Positions 13,994-29,200 of a stretch of 64,000 bases of DNA are shown here, piece after piece. The stretch is taken from the NCBI GenBank assembly GCA_043228905.1, contig JBHGNT010000002.1, forward strand, positions 124,001-188,000. Reading direction: 5' to 3'. Position numbers and translations under genes: made by a program. The notes below the pieces were generated by a model that saw nothing but the letters and a program-made list of their open reading frames with translations, was not told the DNA's origin and searched no databases. The first letter of the stretch is position 1, and each line of letters starts with the position of its first letter. The DNA comes from Azolla caroliniana (Eukaryota; Plantae; Polypodiophyta).

Positions 13994-15558
13994 TTGTTAG
14001 CTTCGATTCGCATGTTTGAACACAAAAATCTGATATCACACGAGCCAGGTATGAACATTTTCATTTACTCAAGGGCTCCTCTCAACTCGCTCCTCATGTT
14101 TGCTAATTTTGTCATGTCTCTCGACCTGAGTTTCAAAATCTTGAATTTTCAAATCCATATCATGGCTAGCGTTGTTAGCTTCGATTCACATGTTTGAACA
14201 CAAAAATCCGATATCACACGAGCCAGGTATGAACATTTTAATTTACCCACTAGCTCTTCTCAACTCACTCCTCAAATTTGGTATTTTCGTCATGTCTCTC
14301 GACCTGAGTTTCAAAATCTTGATTTTTTAATTCCATATCATAGCTAGCGTTGTTAGCTTCGATTCGCATGTTTGAACACAAAAATCCGATATTACACGAG
14401 CCAGCTATGAACATTTTAATTTAGTCAAGGGCTCCTCTCAACTCACTCCTCAAATTTGGTAATTTCGTCATGTCTCTCGACCTGAGTTTCAAAATCTTGA
14501 TTTTTCAATTCCATATCATGGCTAGCGTTGTTATCTTCGATTCGCATGTTTGAACACAAAAATCCGATATCACACGAGCCAGGTATGAACATTTTCATTT
14601 ACTCAAGGGCTCCTCTCAACTCACTACTCATGTTTGGTAATTTAATCACGTCTCTCGACCTGAGTTTCAAAATCTTGATTTTTCAATACCATATCATAGC
14701 TAGCGTTGTTAGCTTCGATTCGCATGTTTGAACACAAAAATCCGATATCACACGAGCCAGGTATGAACATTTTAATTTACTCAAGGGCTCCTCTCAACTC
14801 GCTCCTCATGTTTGCTAATTTCGTCGTGTCTCTCGACCTGAGTTTCAAAATCTTGATTTGTTAATTCCATATCATAGCTAGCGTTGTTAGCTTCGATTCC
14901 CATGTTTGAACACAAAAATCCGATATCACACGAGCCAGGTATGAACATTTTATTTTACTCATGGGCTCCTCTCAACTCACTCCTCAAATTTGGTAATTTC
15001 GTCATGTCTCTCGACCTGAGTTTTAAAATCTTGATTTTTCAATTCCATATCATAGCTGGCGTTGTTATCTTCGATTCACATGTTTGAACATAAAAATCCG
15101 ATATCACACGAGCCAGGTATGAACATTTTAATTTACTCAAGGGCTCCTCTCAACTCACTACTCATGTTTGCTAATTTCGTCCTGTCTCTCGAACTGAGTT
15201 TCACAATATTGATTTTTGAATTCCATATCATAGCTAGCGTTGTTAGCTTCGATTCGCATGTTTGAACACAAAAATCCGATATTACACGAGCCAGGTATGA
15301 ACATTTTCATTTACTCAAGGGCTCCTCTCAACTCACTCCTCAAATTTGGTAATTTCGTCATGTCTCTCGACCTGAGTTTCAAAATCTTGATTTTTCAATT
15401 CCATATCATAGCTAGCGTTGTTAGCTTCGATTCGCATGTTTGAACACAAAAATCCGATATCACACGAGCCAGGTATGAACATTTTCATTTACTCAAGGGG
15501 TCCTCTCAACTCGCTCCTCATGTTTGCTAATTTTGTCATGTCTCTCGACCTGAGATTC

Positions 15559-18500
15559 AAAATCCGATATCACACAAACCAGGTATGAACATTTTAATTT
15601 ACCCACTAGCTCTTCTGAACTCACTCCTCAAATTTGGTATTTTCGTCATGTCTCTCGACCTGAGTTTCAAAATCTTGATTTTTTAATTCCATATCATAGC
15701 TAGCGTTGTTAGCTTCGATTCGCATGTTTGAACACAAAAATCCGATATTACACGAGCCAGGTATGAACATTTTCATTTACTCAAGGGCTCCTCTCAACTC
15801 ACTCCTCAAATTTGGTAATTTCGTCATGTCTCTCGACCTGAGTTTCAAAATCTTGATTTTTCAATTCCATATCATAGCTAGCGTTGTTAGCTTCGATTCG
15901 CATGTTTGAACACAAAAATCCGATATCACACGAGCCAGGTATGAACATTTTCATTTACCCACTAGATCTTCTCAACTCACTCCTCAAATTTGGTAATTTC
16001 GTCATGTCTCTCGACCTGAGTTTCAAAATCTTGATTTTTTAATTCGATATCATAGCTAGCGTTGTTAGCTTCGATTCGCATGTTTGAACACAAAAATCCG
16101 ATATTACACGAGCTAGGTATGAACATTTTAATTTACTCAAGGGCTCCTCTCAACTCACTACTCATGTTTGCTAATTTCGTCATGTCTCTCGACCGGAGTT
16201 TCAAAATCTTGATTTTTGAATTTCATATCATAGCTAGCGTTGTTAGCTTCGATTCGCATGTTTGAACACAAAAATCCGATATCACACGAGCCAGGTATGA
16301 ACATTTTCATTTACTCAAGGGCTCCTCTCAACTCGCTCCTCATGTTTGCTAATTTTGTCATGTCTCTCGACCTGAGATTCAAAATCTTGATTTATCAATT
16401 CCATATCATAGTTAGCGTTGTTAGCTTCGATTCGCATGTTTGAACACAAAAATCCGATATCACACGAGCCAGGTATGAACATTTTCCTTTATCCACTAGC
16501 TCTTCTCAACTCACTCCTAAAATTTGGTAATTTCGTCATGTCTCTCGACCTGAGTTTCAAAATCTTGATTTTTTAATTCCATATCATAGCTAGCGTTGTT
16601 AGCTTCGATTCGCATGTTTGAACACAAAAATCCGATATCACACGAGCCAGATATGAACATTTTAATTTACTCAAGGGCTACTCTCAACTCACTACTCATG
16701 TTTGCTAATTTCGTCATGTCTCTCGAATTGAGTTTCAAAATCTTGATTTTTCAATACCATATCATAGCTGGCGTTGTTAGCTTCGATTCACATGTTTGAA
16801 CATAAAAATCCGATATCACACGAGCCAGGTATGAACATTTTAATTTACTCAAGGGCTCCTCTCAACTCACTACTCATGTTTGCTAATTTCGTCCTGTCTC
16901 TCGAACTGAGTTTCACAATATTGATTTTTGAATTCCATATCATAGCTAGCGTTGTTAGCTTCGATTCGCATATTTGAACACAAAAATCCGATATCACACG
17001 AGCCAGGTATGAACATTTTAATTTACTCAAGGGCTCCTATCAACTCACTCCTCAAATTTGGTAATTGAATCATGTCTCTCGACCTGAGTTTCAAAATCTT
17101 CATTTTTTAAAATCCATATCATAGCTAGCGTTGTTAGCTTCGATTCACATGTTTGAACACAAAAATCCGATATCACACGAGCCAGGTATGAACATTTTCC
17201 TTTACCCACTAGCTCTTCTCAACTCACTACTCATGTTTGCAAATTTCGTCCTGTCTCTCGAACTGAGTTTCAAAATCTTGATTTTTGAATTCCATATCAT
17301 AGCTAGCGTTGTTAGCTTCGATTCGCATCTTTGAACACAAAAATCCGATATCACACGAGCCAGGTATGAATATTTTAATTTACTCAAGGGCTCCTATCAA
17401 CTCACTCCTCAAATTTGGTAATGTCATCATGTCTCTCGTCCTGAGTTTCAAAATCTTGATTTTTGAATTCCATATCATGGCTAGCGTTGTTATCTTCGAT
17501 TCGCATGTTTGAACACAAAAATCCGATACCACACGAGCCAGGTATGAACATTTTCATTTACTCAAGGGCTCCTCTCTACTCACTACTCATGTTTGGTAAT
17601 TTAATCATGTCTCTCGAACCAGGTATGAACATTTTCATTTACCCACTAGCTCTTCTCAACTCACTCCTCAAATTTGGTATTTTCGTCATGTCTCTAGACC
17701 TGAGTTTCAAAATCTTGAATTTTCAAATCCATATCATGGCTAGCGTTGTTAGCTTCGATTCACATGTTTGAACACAAAAATCCGATATCACACGAGCCAG
17801 GTATGAACATTTTAATTTACCCACTAGCTCTTCTCAACTCACTCCTCAAATTTGGTATTTTCGTCATGTCTCTCGACCTGAGTTTCAAAATCTTGATTTT
17901 TTAATTCCATATCATAGCTAGCGTTGTTAGCTTCGATTCGCATGTTTGAACACAAAAATCCGATATTACACGAGCCAGCTATGAACATTTTAATTTAGTC
18001 AAGGGCTCCTCTCAACTCACTCCTCAAATTTGGTAATTTCGTCATGTCTCTCGACCTGAGTTTCAAAATCTTGATTTTTCAATTCCATATCATGGCTAGC
18101 GTTGTTATCTTCGATTCGCATGTTTGAACACAAAAATCCGATATCACACGAGCCAGGTATGAACATTTTCATTTACTCAAGGGCTCCTCTCAACTCACTA
18201 CTCATGTTTGGTAATTTAATCACGTCTCTCGACCTGAGTTTCAAAATCTTGATTTTTCAATACCATATCATAGCTAGCGTTGTTAGCTTCGATTCGCATG
18301 TTTGAACACAAAAATCCGATATCACACGAGCCAGGTATGAACATTTTAATTTACTCAAGGGCTCCTCTCAACTCGCTCCTCATGTTTGCTAATTTCGTCG
18401 TGTCTCTCGACCTGAGTTTCAAAATCTTGATTTGTTAATTCCATATCATAGCTAGCGTTGTTAGCTTCGATTCCCATGTTTGAACACAAAAATCCGATAT

Positions 18501-20650
18501 CACACGAGCCAGGTATGAACATTTTATTTTACTCAAGGGCTCCTCTCAACTCACTCCTCAAATTTGGTAATTTCGTCATGTCTCTCGACCTGAGTTTTAA
18601 AATCTTGATTTTTCAATTCCATATCATAGCTGGCGTTGTTAGCTTCGATTCGCATGTTTAAACATAAAAATCCGATATCACACGAGCCAGGTATGAACAT
18701 TTTAATTTACTCAAGGGCTCCTCTCAACTCACTACTCATGTTTGCTAATTTCGTCCTGTCTCTCGAACTGAGTTTCACAATATTGATTTTTGAATTCCAT
18801 ATCATAGCTAGCGTTGTTAGCTTCGATTCGCATATTTGAACAGAAAAATCCGATATCACACGAGCCAGGTATGAACATTTTAATTTACTCAAGGGCTCCT
18901 ATCAACTCACTCCTCAAATTTGGTAATTGAATCATGTCTCTCGACCTGAGTTTCAAAATCTTCATTTTTTAAAATCCATATCATAGCTAGCGTTGTTAGC
19001 TTCGATTCACATGTTTGAACACAAAAATCCGATATCACACGAGCCAGGTATGAACATTTTCCTTTACCCACTAGCTCTTCTCAACTCACTACTCATGTTT
19101 GCTAATTTCGTCCTGTCTCTCGAACTGAGTTTCAAAATCTTGAATTTTGAATTCCATATCATAGCTAGCGTTGTTAGCTTCGATTCGCATCTTTGAACAC
19201 AAAAATCCGATATCACACGAGCCAGGTATGAATATTTTAATTTACTCAAGGGCTCCTCTCAACTCACTCCTCAAATTTGGTAATGTCATCATGTCTCTCG
19301 ACCTGAGTTTCAAAATCTTGATTTTTGAATTCCATATCATGGCTAGCGTTGTTATCTTCGATTCGCATGTTTGAACACAAAAATCCGATACCACACGAGC
19401 CAGGTATGAACATTTTCATTTACTCAAGGGCTCCTCTCTACTCACTACTCATGTTTGGTAATTTAATCATGTCTCTCGAACCAGGTATGAACATTTTCAT
19501 TTACCCACTAGCTCTTCTCAACTCACTCCTCAAATTTGGTATTTTCGTCATGTCTCTCGACCTGAGTTTCAAAATCTTGATTTTTTAATTCCATATCATA
19601 GCTAGCGTTGTTAGCTTCGATTCGCATGTTTGAACACAAAAATCTGATATTACACGAGCCAGGTATGAACATTTTCATTTACTCAAGGGCTCCTCTCAAC
19701 TCCCTCCTCAAATTTGGTAATTTCGTCATGTCTCTTGACCTGAGTTTCAAAATCTTGATTTATCAATTCCATATCATGGCTAGCGTTGTTAGCTTCGATT
19801 CGCATGTTTGAACACAAAAATCTGATATTACACGAGCCAGGTATGAACATTTTCATTTACTCAAGGGCTCCTCTCAACTCCCTCCTCAAATTTGGTAATT
19901 TCGTCATGTCTCTCGACCTGAGTTTCAAAATCTTGATTTATCAATTCCATATCATGGCTAGCGTTGTTATCTTCGATTCGCATGTTCGAACACAAAAATC
20001 CGATATCACACGAGCTAGGTATGAACATTTTCATTTACTCAAGGGCTCCTCTCAACTCCCTCCTCAAATTTGGTAATTTCGTCATGTCTCTCGACATGAG
20101 TTTCAAAATCTTGATTTATCAATTCCATATCATGGCTAGCGTTGTTAGCTTCGATTCGCATGTTTGAACACAAAAATCCGATATTACACGAGCCAGGTAT
20201 GAACATTTTCATTTACTCAAGGGCTCCTCTCAACTCACTCCTCAAATTTGGTAATTTCGTCATGTCTCTCGACCTGAGTTTCAAAATCTTGATTTTTCAA
20301 TTCCATATCATAGCTAGCGTTGTTAGCTTCGATTCGCATGTTTGAACACAAAAATCCGATATCACACGAGCCAGGTATGAACATTTTCATTTACCCACTA
20401 GATCTTCTCAACTCACTCCTCAAATTTGGTAATTTCGTCATGTCTCTCGACCTGAGTTTCAAAATCTTGATTTTTTAATTCGATATCATAGCTAGCGTTG
20501 TTAGCTTCGAGTCGCATGTTTGAACACAAAAATCCGATATTACACGAGCTAGGTATGAACATTTTAATTTACTCAAGGGCTCCTCTCAACTCACTACTCA
20601 TGTTTGCTAATTTCGTCATGTCTCTCGACCGGAGTTTCAAAATCTTGATT
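15559..20650 (+). repeat. Dispersed ~5-kb copy of ~6840-11930 (offset 8722 bp), starting at an out-of-register junction
   Basis: Monomer variants match in order: 6984/15706, 7340/16062, 8741/17463, 9380/18102, 9736/18458, 10603/19325, 11776/20498. Confidence 0.85.
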
Positions 20651-23239
20651 TTTGAATTCCATATCATAGCTAGCGTTGTTAGCTTCGATTCGCATGTTTG
20701 AACACAAAAATCTGATATCACACGAGCCAGGTATGAACATTTTCATTTACTCAAGGGCTCCTCTCAACTCGCTCCTCATGTTTGCTAATTTTGTCATGTC
20801 TCTCGACCTGAGATTCAAAATCTTGATTTATCAATTCCATATCATAGTTAGCGTTGTTAGCTTCGATTCGCATGTTTGAACACAAAAATCCGATATCACA
20901 CGAGCCAAGTATGAACATTTTCCTTTATCCACTAGCTCTTCTCAACTCACTCCTAAAATTTGGTAATTTCGTCATGTCTCTCGACCTGAGTTTCAAAATC
21001 TTGATTTTTTAATTCCATATCATAGCTAGCGTTGTTAGCTTCGATTCGCATGTTTGAACACAAAAATCCGATATCACACGAGCCAGATATGAACATTTTA
21101 ATTTACTCAAGGGCTACTCTCAACTCACTACTCATGTTTGCTAATTTCGTCATGTCTCTCGAACTGAGTTTCAAAATCTTGATTTTTCAATACCATATCA
21201 TAGCTGGCGTTGTTAGCTTCGATTCACATGTTTGAACATAAAAATCCGATATCCCACGAGCCAGGTATGAACATTTTAATTTACTCAAGGGCTCCTCTCA
21301 ACTCACTCCTCATGTTTGCTAATTTCGTCCTGTCTCTCGAACTGAGTTTCAAAATATTGATTTTTGAATTCCATATCATAGCTAGCGTTGTTAGCTTCGA
21401 TTCGCATGTTTGAACACAAAAATCCGATATCACACGAGCCAGGTATGAACATTTTCATTTACTCAAGGGCTCCTCTCAACTCACTCCTCAAATTTGGTAA
21501 TTTCGTCATGTCTCTCGACCTGAGTTTCAAAATCTTGATTTTTCAATTCCATATCATAGCTAGCGTTGTTAGCTTCGATTCGCATGTTTGAACACAAAAA
21601 TCCGATATCACACGAGCCAGGTATGAACATTTTCATTTACCCACTAGATCTTCTCAACTCACTCGTCAAATTTGGTAATTTCGTCATGTCTCTCGACCTG
21701 AGTTTCAAAATCTTGATTTTTTAATTCGATATCATAGCTAGCGTTGTTAGCTTCGATTCGCATGTTTGAACACAAAAATCCGATATTACACGAGCTAGGT
21801 ATGAACATTTTAATTTACTCAAGGGCTCCTCTCAACTCACTACTCATGTTTGCTAATTTCGTCATGTCTCTCGACCGGAGTTTCAAAATCTTGATTTTTG
21901 AATTCCATATCATAGCTAGCGTTGTTAGCTTCGATTCGCATGTTTGAACACAAAAATCCGATATCACACGAGCCAGGTATGAACATTTTAATTTACTCAA
22001 GGGCTCCTATCAACTCACTCCTCAAATTTGGTAATTGAATCATGTCTCTCGACCTGAGTTTCAAAATCTTCATTTTTTAAAATCCATATCATAGCTAGCG
22101 TTGTTAGCTTCGATTCACATGTTTGAACACAAAAATCCGATATCACACGAGCCAGGTATGAACATTTTCCTTTACCCACTAGCTCTTCTCAACTCACTAC
22201 TCATGTTTGCTAATTTCGTCCTGTCTCTCGAACTGAGTTTCAAAATCTTGATTTTTGAATTCCATATCATAGCTAGCGTTGTTAGCTTCGATTCGCATCT
22301 TTGAACATTTTCACACGAGCCAGGTATGAACATTTTAATTTACTCAAGGGCTCCTCTCAACTCACTACTCATGTTTGCTAATTTCGTCCTGTCTCTCGAA
22401 CTGAGTTTCACAATATTGATTTTTGAATTCCATATCATAGCTAGCGTTGTTAGCTTCGATTCGCATATTTGAACACAAAAATCCGATATCACACGAGCCA
22501 GGTATGAACATTTTCCTTTACCCACTAGCTCTTCTCAACTCACTACTCATGTTTGCTAATTTCGTCCTGTCTCTCGAACTGAGTTTCAAAATCTTGATTT
22601 TTGAATTCCATATCATAGCTAGCGTTGTTAGCTTCGATTCGCATCTTTGAACACAAAAATCCGATATCACACGAGCCAGGTATGAATATTTTAATTTACT
22701 CAAGGGCTCCTCTCAACTCACTCCTCAAATTTGGTAATGTCATCATGTCTCTGGACCTGAGTTTCAAAATCTTGATTTTTGAATTCCATATCATGGCTAG
22801 CGTTGTTATCTTCGATTCGCATGTTTGAACACAAAAATCCGATACCACACGAGCCAGGTATGAACATTTTCATTTACTCAAGGGCTCCTCTCTACTCACT
22901 ACTCATGTTTGGTAATTTAATCATGTCTCTCGAACCAGGTATGAACATTTTCATTTACCCACTAGCTCTTCTCAACTCACTCCTCAAATTTGGTATTTTC
23001 GTCATGTCTCTCGACCTGAGTTTCACAATATTGATTTTTGAATTCCATATCATAGCTAGCGTTGTTAGCTTCGATTCGCATATTTGAACACAAAAATCCG
23101 ATATCACACGAGCCAGGTATGAACATTTTCCTTTACCCACTAGCTCTTCTCAACTCACTACTCATGTTTGCTAATTTCGTCATGTCTCTCGACCTGAGTT
23201 TCAAAATCTTGATTTTTGAATTCCATATCATAGCTAGCG

Positions 23240-26200
23240 TTGTTAGCTTCGATTCGCATGTTTGAACACAAAAATCCGATATTACACGAGCCAGGTATGA
23301 ACATTTTCATTTACTCAAGGGCTCCTCTCAACTCCCTCCTCAAATTTGGTAATTTCGTCATGTCTCTCGACCTGAGTTTCAAAATCTTGATTTATCAATT
23401 CCATATCATGGCTAGCGTTGTTATCTTCGATTCGCATGTTCGAACACAAAAATCCGATATCACACGAGCTAGGTATGAACATTTTCATTTACTCAAGGGC
23501 TCCTCTCAACTCCCTCCTCAAATTTGGTAATTTCGTCATGTCTCTCGACATGAGTTTCAAAATCCTGATTTATCAATTCCATATCATGGCTAGCGTTGTT
23601 AGCTTCGATTCGCATGTTTGAACACAAAAATCCGATATTACACGAGCCAGGTATGAACATTTTCATTTACTCAAGGGCTCCTCTCAACTCCCTCCTCAAA
23701 TTTGGTAATTTCGTCATGTCTCTCGACATGAGTTTCAAAATCCTGATTTATCAATTCCATATCATGGCTAGCGTTGTTAGCTTCGATTCGCATGTTTGAA
23801 CACAAAAATCCGATATTACACGAGCCAGGTATGAACATTTTCATTTACTCAAGGGCTCCTCTCAACTCCCTCCTCAAATTTGGTAATTTCGTCATGTCTC
23901 TCGACCTGAGTTTCAAAATCTTGATTTATCAATTCCATATCATGGCTAGCGTTGTTATCTTCGATTCGCATGTTCGAACACAAAAATCCGATATCACACG
24001 AGCTAGGTATGAACATTTTCATTTACTCAAGGGCTCCTCTCAACTCACTCCTCAAATTTGGTAATTTCGTCATGTCTCTCGACCTGAGTTTTAAAATCTT
24101 GATTTTTCAATTCCATATCATGGCTAGCGTTGTTATCTTCGATTCGCATGTTTGAACACAAAAATCCGATATCACACGAGCCAGGTATGAACATTTTCAT
24201 TTACTCAAGGGCTCCTCTCAACTCACTACTCATGTTTGGTAATTTAATCATGTCTCTCGAACTGAGTTTCACAATATTGATTTTTCAATACCATATCATA
24301 GCTGGCGTTGTTAGCTTCGATTCACATGTTTGAACATAAAAATCCGATATCACACGAGCCAGGTATGAACATTTTAATTTACTCAAGGGCTCCTCTCAAC
24401 TCACTACTCATGTTTGCTAATTTCGTCCTGTCTCTCGAACTGAGTTTCAAAATCTTGATTTTTGAATTCCATATCATAGCTAGCGTTGTTAGCTTCGATT
24501 CGCATGTTTGAACACAAAAATCTGATATCACACGAGCCAGGTATGAACATTTTCATTTACTCAAGGGCTCCTCTCAACTCGCTCCTCATGTTTGCTAATT
24601 TTGTCATGTCTCTCGACCTGAGATTCAAAATCTTGATTTATCAATTCCATATCATAGTTAGCGTTGTTAGCTTCGATTCGCATATTTGAACACAAAAATC
24701 CGATATCACACGAGCCAGGTATGAACATTTTCCTTTACCCACTAGCTCTTCTCAACTCACTACTCATGTTTGCTAATTTCGTCATGTCTCTCGACCTGAG
24801 TTTCAAAATCTTGATTTTTGAATTCCATATCATAGCTAGCGTTGTTAGCTTCGATTCGCATGTTTGAACACAAAAATCCGATATTACACGAGCCAGGTAT
24901 GAACATTTTCATTTACTCAAGGGCTCCTCTCAACTCCCTCCTCAAATTTGGTAATTTCGTCATGTCTCTCGACCTGAGTTTCAAAATCTTGATTTATCAA
25001 TTCCATATCATGGCTAGCGTTGTTATCTTCGATTCGCATGTTCGAACACAAAAATCCGATATCACACGAGCTAGGTATGAACATTTTCATTTACTCAAGG
25101 GCTCCTCTCAACTCCCTCCTCAAATTTGGTAATTTCGTCATGTCTCTCGACATGAGTTTCAAAATCCTGATTTATCAATTCCATATCATGGCTAGCGTTG
25201 TTAGCTTCGATTCGCATGTTTGAACACAAAAATCCGATATTACACGAGCCAGGTATGAACATTTTCATTTACTCAAGGGCTCCTCTCAACTCCCTCCTCA
25301 AATTTGGTAATTTCGTCATGTCTCTCGACATGAGTTTCAAAATCCTGATTTATCAATTCCATATCATGGCTAGCGTTGTTAGCTTCGATTCGCATGTTTG
25401 AACACAAAAATCCGATATTACACGAGCCAGGTATGAACATTTTCATTTACTCAAGGGCTCCTCTCAACTCCCTCCTCAAATTTGGTAATTTCGTCATGTC
25501 TCTCGACCTGAGTTTCAAAATCTTGATTTTTCAATTCCATATCATAGCTAGCGTTGTTAGCTTCGATTCGCATGTTTGAACACAAAAATCCGATATCACA
25601 CGAGCCAGGTATGAACATTTTCATTTACCCACTAGATCTTCTCAACTCACTCCTCAAATTTGGTAATTTCGTCATGTCTCTCGACCTGAGTTTCAAAATC
25701 TTGATTTTTTAATTCGATATCATAGCTAGCGTTGTTAGCTTCGAGTCGCATGTTTGAACACAAAAATCCGATATTACACAAGCTAGGTATGAACATTTTA
25801 ATTTACTCAAGGGCTCTTCTCAACTCACTACTCATGTTTGCTAATTTCGTCATGTCTCTCGACCTGAGTTTCAAAATCTTGATTTTTGAATTCCATATCA
25901 TAGCTAGCGTTGTTAGCTTCGATTCGCATGTTTGAACACAAAAATCCGATATTACACGAGCCAGGTATGAACATTTTCATTTACTCAAGGGCTCCTCTCA
26001 ACTCCCTCCTCAAATTTGGTAATTTCGTCATGTCTCTCGACCTGAGTTTCAAAATCTTGATTTATCAATTCCATATCATGGCTAGCGTTGTTATCTTCGA
26101 TTCGCATGTTCGAACACAAAAATCCGATATCACACGAGCTAGGTATGAACATTTTCATTTACTCAAGGGCTCCTCTCAACTCCCTCCTCAAATTTGGTAA

Positions 26201-29200
26201 TTTCGTCATGTCTCTCGACATGAGTTTCAAAATCCTGATTTATCAATTCCATATCATGGCTAGCGTTGTTAGCTTCGATTCGCATGTTTGAACACAAAAA
26301 TCCGATATTACACGAGCCAGGTATGAACATTTTCATTTACTCAAGGGCTCCTCTCAACTCCCTCCTCAAATTTGGTAATTTCGTCATGTCTCTCGACATG
26401 AGTTTCAAAATCCTGATTTATCAATTCCATATCATGGCTAGCGTTGTTAGCTTCGATTCGCATGTTTGAACACAAAAATCCGATATTACACGAGCCAGGT
26501 ATGAACATTTTCATTTACTCAAGGGCTCCTCTCAACTCCCTCCTCAAATTTGGTAATTTCGTCATGTCTCTCGACCTGAGTTTCAAAATCTTGATTTTTC
26601 AATTCCATATCATAGCTAGCGTTGTTAGCTTCGATTCGCATGTTTGAACACAAAAATCCGATATCACACGAGCCAGGTATGAACATTTTCATTTACCCAC
26701 TAGATCTTCTCAACTCACTCCTCAAATTTGGTAATTTCGTCATGTCTCTCGACCTGAGTTTCAAAATCTTGATTTTTGAATTCCATATCATAGCTAGCGT
26801 TGTTAGCTTCGATTCGCATGTTTGAACACAAAAATCCGATATCACACGAGCCAGGTATGAACATTTTAATTTACTCAAGGGCTCCTCTCAACTCACTACT
26901 CATGTTTGCTAATTTCGTCATGTCTCTCGAACTGAGTTTCACAATATTGATTTTCGAATTCCATATCATAGCTAGCGTTGTTAGCTTCGATTCGCATATT
27001 TGAACACAAAAATCCGATATCACACGAGCCAGGTATGAACATTTTAATTTACTCAAGGGCTCCTATCAACTCACTCCTCAAATTTGGTAATTGAATCATG
27101 TCTCTCGACCTGAGTTTCAAAATCTTCATTTTTTAAAATCCATATCATAGCTAGCGTTGTTAGCTTCGATTCACATGTTTGAACACAAAAATCCGATATC
27201 ACACGAGCCAGGTATGAACATTTTCCTTTACCCACTAGCTCTTCTCAACTCACTACTCATGTTTGCTAATTTCGTCCTGTCTCTCGAACTAAGTTTCAAA
27301 ATCTTGATTTTTGAATTCCATATCATAGCTAGCGTTGTTAGCTTCGATTCGCATCTTTGAACACAAAAATCCGATATCACACGAGCCAGGTATGAATATT
27401 TTAATTTACTCAAGGGCTCCTCTCAACTCACTCCTCAAATTTGGTAATGTCATCATGTCTCTCGACCTGAGTTTCAAAATCTTGATTTTTGAATTCCATA
27501 TCATGGCTAGCGTTGTTATCTTCGATTCGCATGTTTGAACACAAAAATCCGATACCACACGAGCCAGGTATGAACATTTTCATTTACTCAAGGGCTCCTC
27601 TCTACTCACTACTCATGTTTGGGAATTTAATCATGTCTCTCGAACCAGGTATGAACATTTTCATTTATCCACTAGCTCTTCTCAACTCACTCCTCAAATT
27701 TGGTATTTTCGTCATGTCTCTAGACCTGAGTTTCAAAATCTTGATTTTTGAATTCCATATCATGGCTAGCGTTGTTATCTTCGATTCGCATGTTCGAACA
27801 CAAAAATCCGATATCACACGAGCTAGGTATGAACATTTTCATTTACTCAAGGGCTCCTCTCAACTCACTCCTCAAATTTGGTAATTTCGTCATGTCTCTC
27901 GACCTGAGTTTTAAAATCTTGATTTTTCAATTCCATATCATGGCTAGCGTTGTTATCTTCGATTCGCATGTTTGAACACAAAAATCCGATATCACACGAG
28001 CCAGGTATGAACATTTTCATTTACTCAAGGGCTCCTCTCAACTCACTACTCATGTTTGGTAATTTAATCATGTCTCTCGACCTGAGTTTCAAAATCTTGA
28101 TTTTTCAATACCATATCATAGCTGGCGTTGTTAGCTTCGATTCACATGTTTGAACATAAAAATCCGATATCACACGAGCCAGGTATGAACATTTTAATTT
28201 ACTCAAGGGCTCCTCTCAACTCACTACTCATGTTTGCTAATTTCGTCCTGTCTCTCGAACTGAGTTTCAAAATCTTGATTTTTGAATTCCATATCATAGC
28301 TAGCGTTGTTAGCTTCGATTCGCATGTTTGAACACAAAAATCCGATATTACACGAGCCAGGTATGAACATTTTCATTTACTCAAGGGCTCCTCTCAACTC
28401 CCTCCTCAAATTTGGTAATTTCGTCATGTCTCTCGACCTGAGTTTCAAAATCTTGATTTATCAATTCCATATCATGGCTAGCGTTGTTATCTTCGATTCG
28501 CATGTTCGAACACAAAAATCCGATATCACACGAGCTAGGTATGAACATTTTCATTTACTCAAGGGCTCCTCTCAACTCCCTCCTCAAATTTGGTAATTTC
28601 GTCATGTCTCTCGACATGAGTTTCAAAATCCTGATTTATCAATTCCATATCATGGCTAGCGTTGTTAGCTTCGATTCGCATGTTTGAACACAAAAATCCG
28701 ATATTACACGAGCCAGGTATGAACATTTTCATTTACTCAAGGGCTCCTCTCAACTCCCTCCTCAAATTTGGTAATTTCGTCATGTCTCTCGACATGAGTT
28801 TCAAAATCCTGATTTATCAATTCCATATCATGGCTAGCGTTGTTAGCTTCGATTCGCATGTTTGAACACAAAAATCCGATATTACACGAGCCAGGTATGA
28901 ACATTTTCATTTACTCAAGGGCTCCTCTCAACTCCCTCCTCAAATTTGGTAATTTCGTCATGTCTCTCGACCTGAGTTTCAAAATCTTGATTTATCAATT
29001 CCATATCATGGCTAGCGTTGTTATCTTCGATTCGCATGTTCGAACACAAAAATCCGATATCACACGAGCTAGGTATGAACATTTTCATTTACTCAAGGGC
29101 TCCTCTCAACTCACTCCTCAAATTTGGTAATTTCGTCATGTCTCTCGACCTGAGTTTTAAAATCTTGATTTTTCAATTCCATATCATGGCTAGCGTTGTT

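Noticed and set aside
6984-15706. 8722-bp duplication offset is exactly 49x178 (3x81+110+3 = 356), suggesting register restoration
   Set aside because: It is a single instance. The register drifts freely elsewhere (offsets 2040, 5066, 4323), so coincidence is the simpler explanation.
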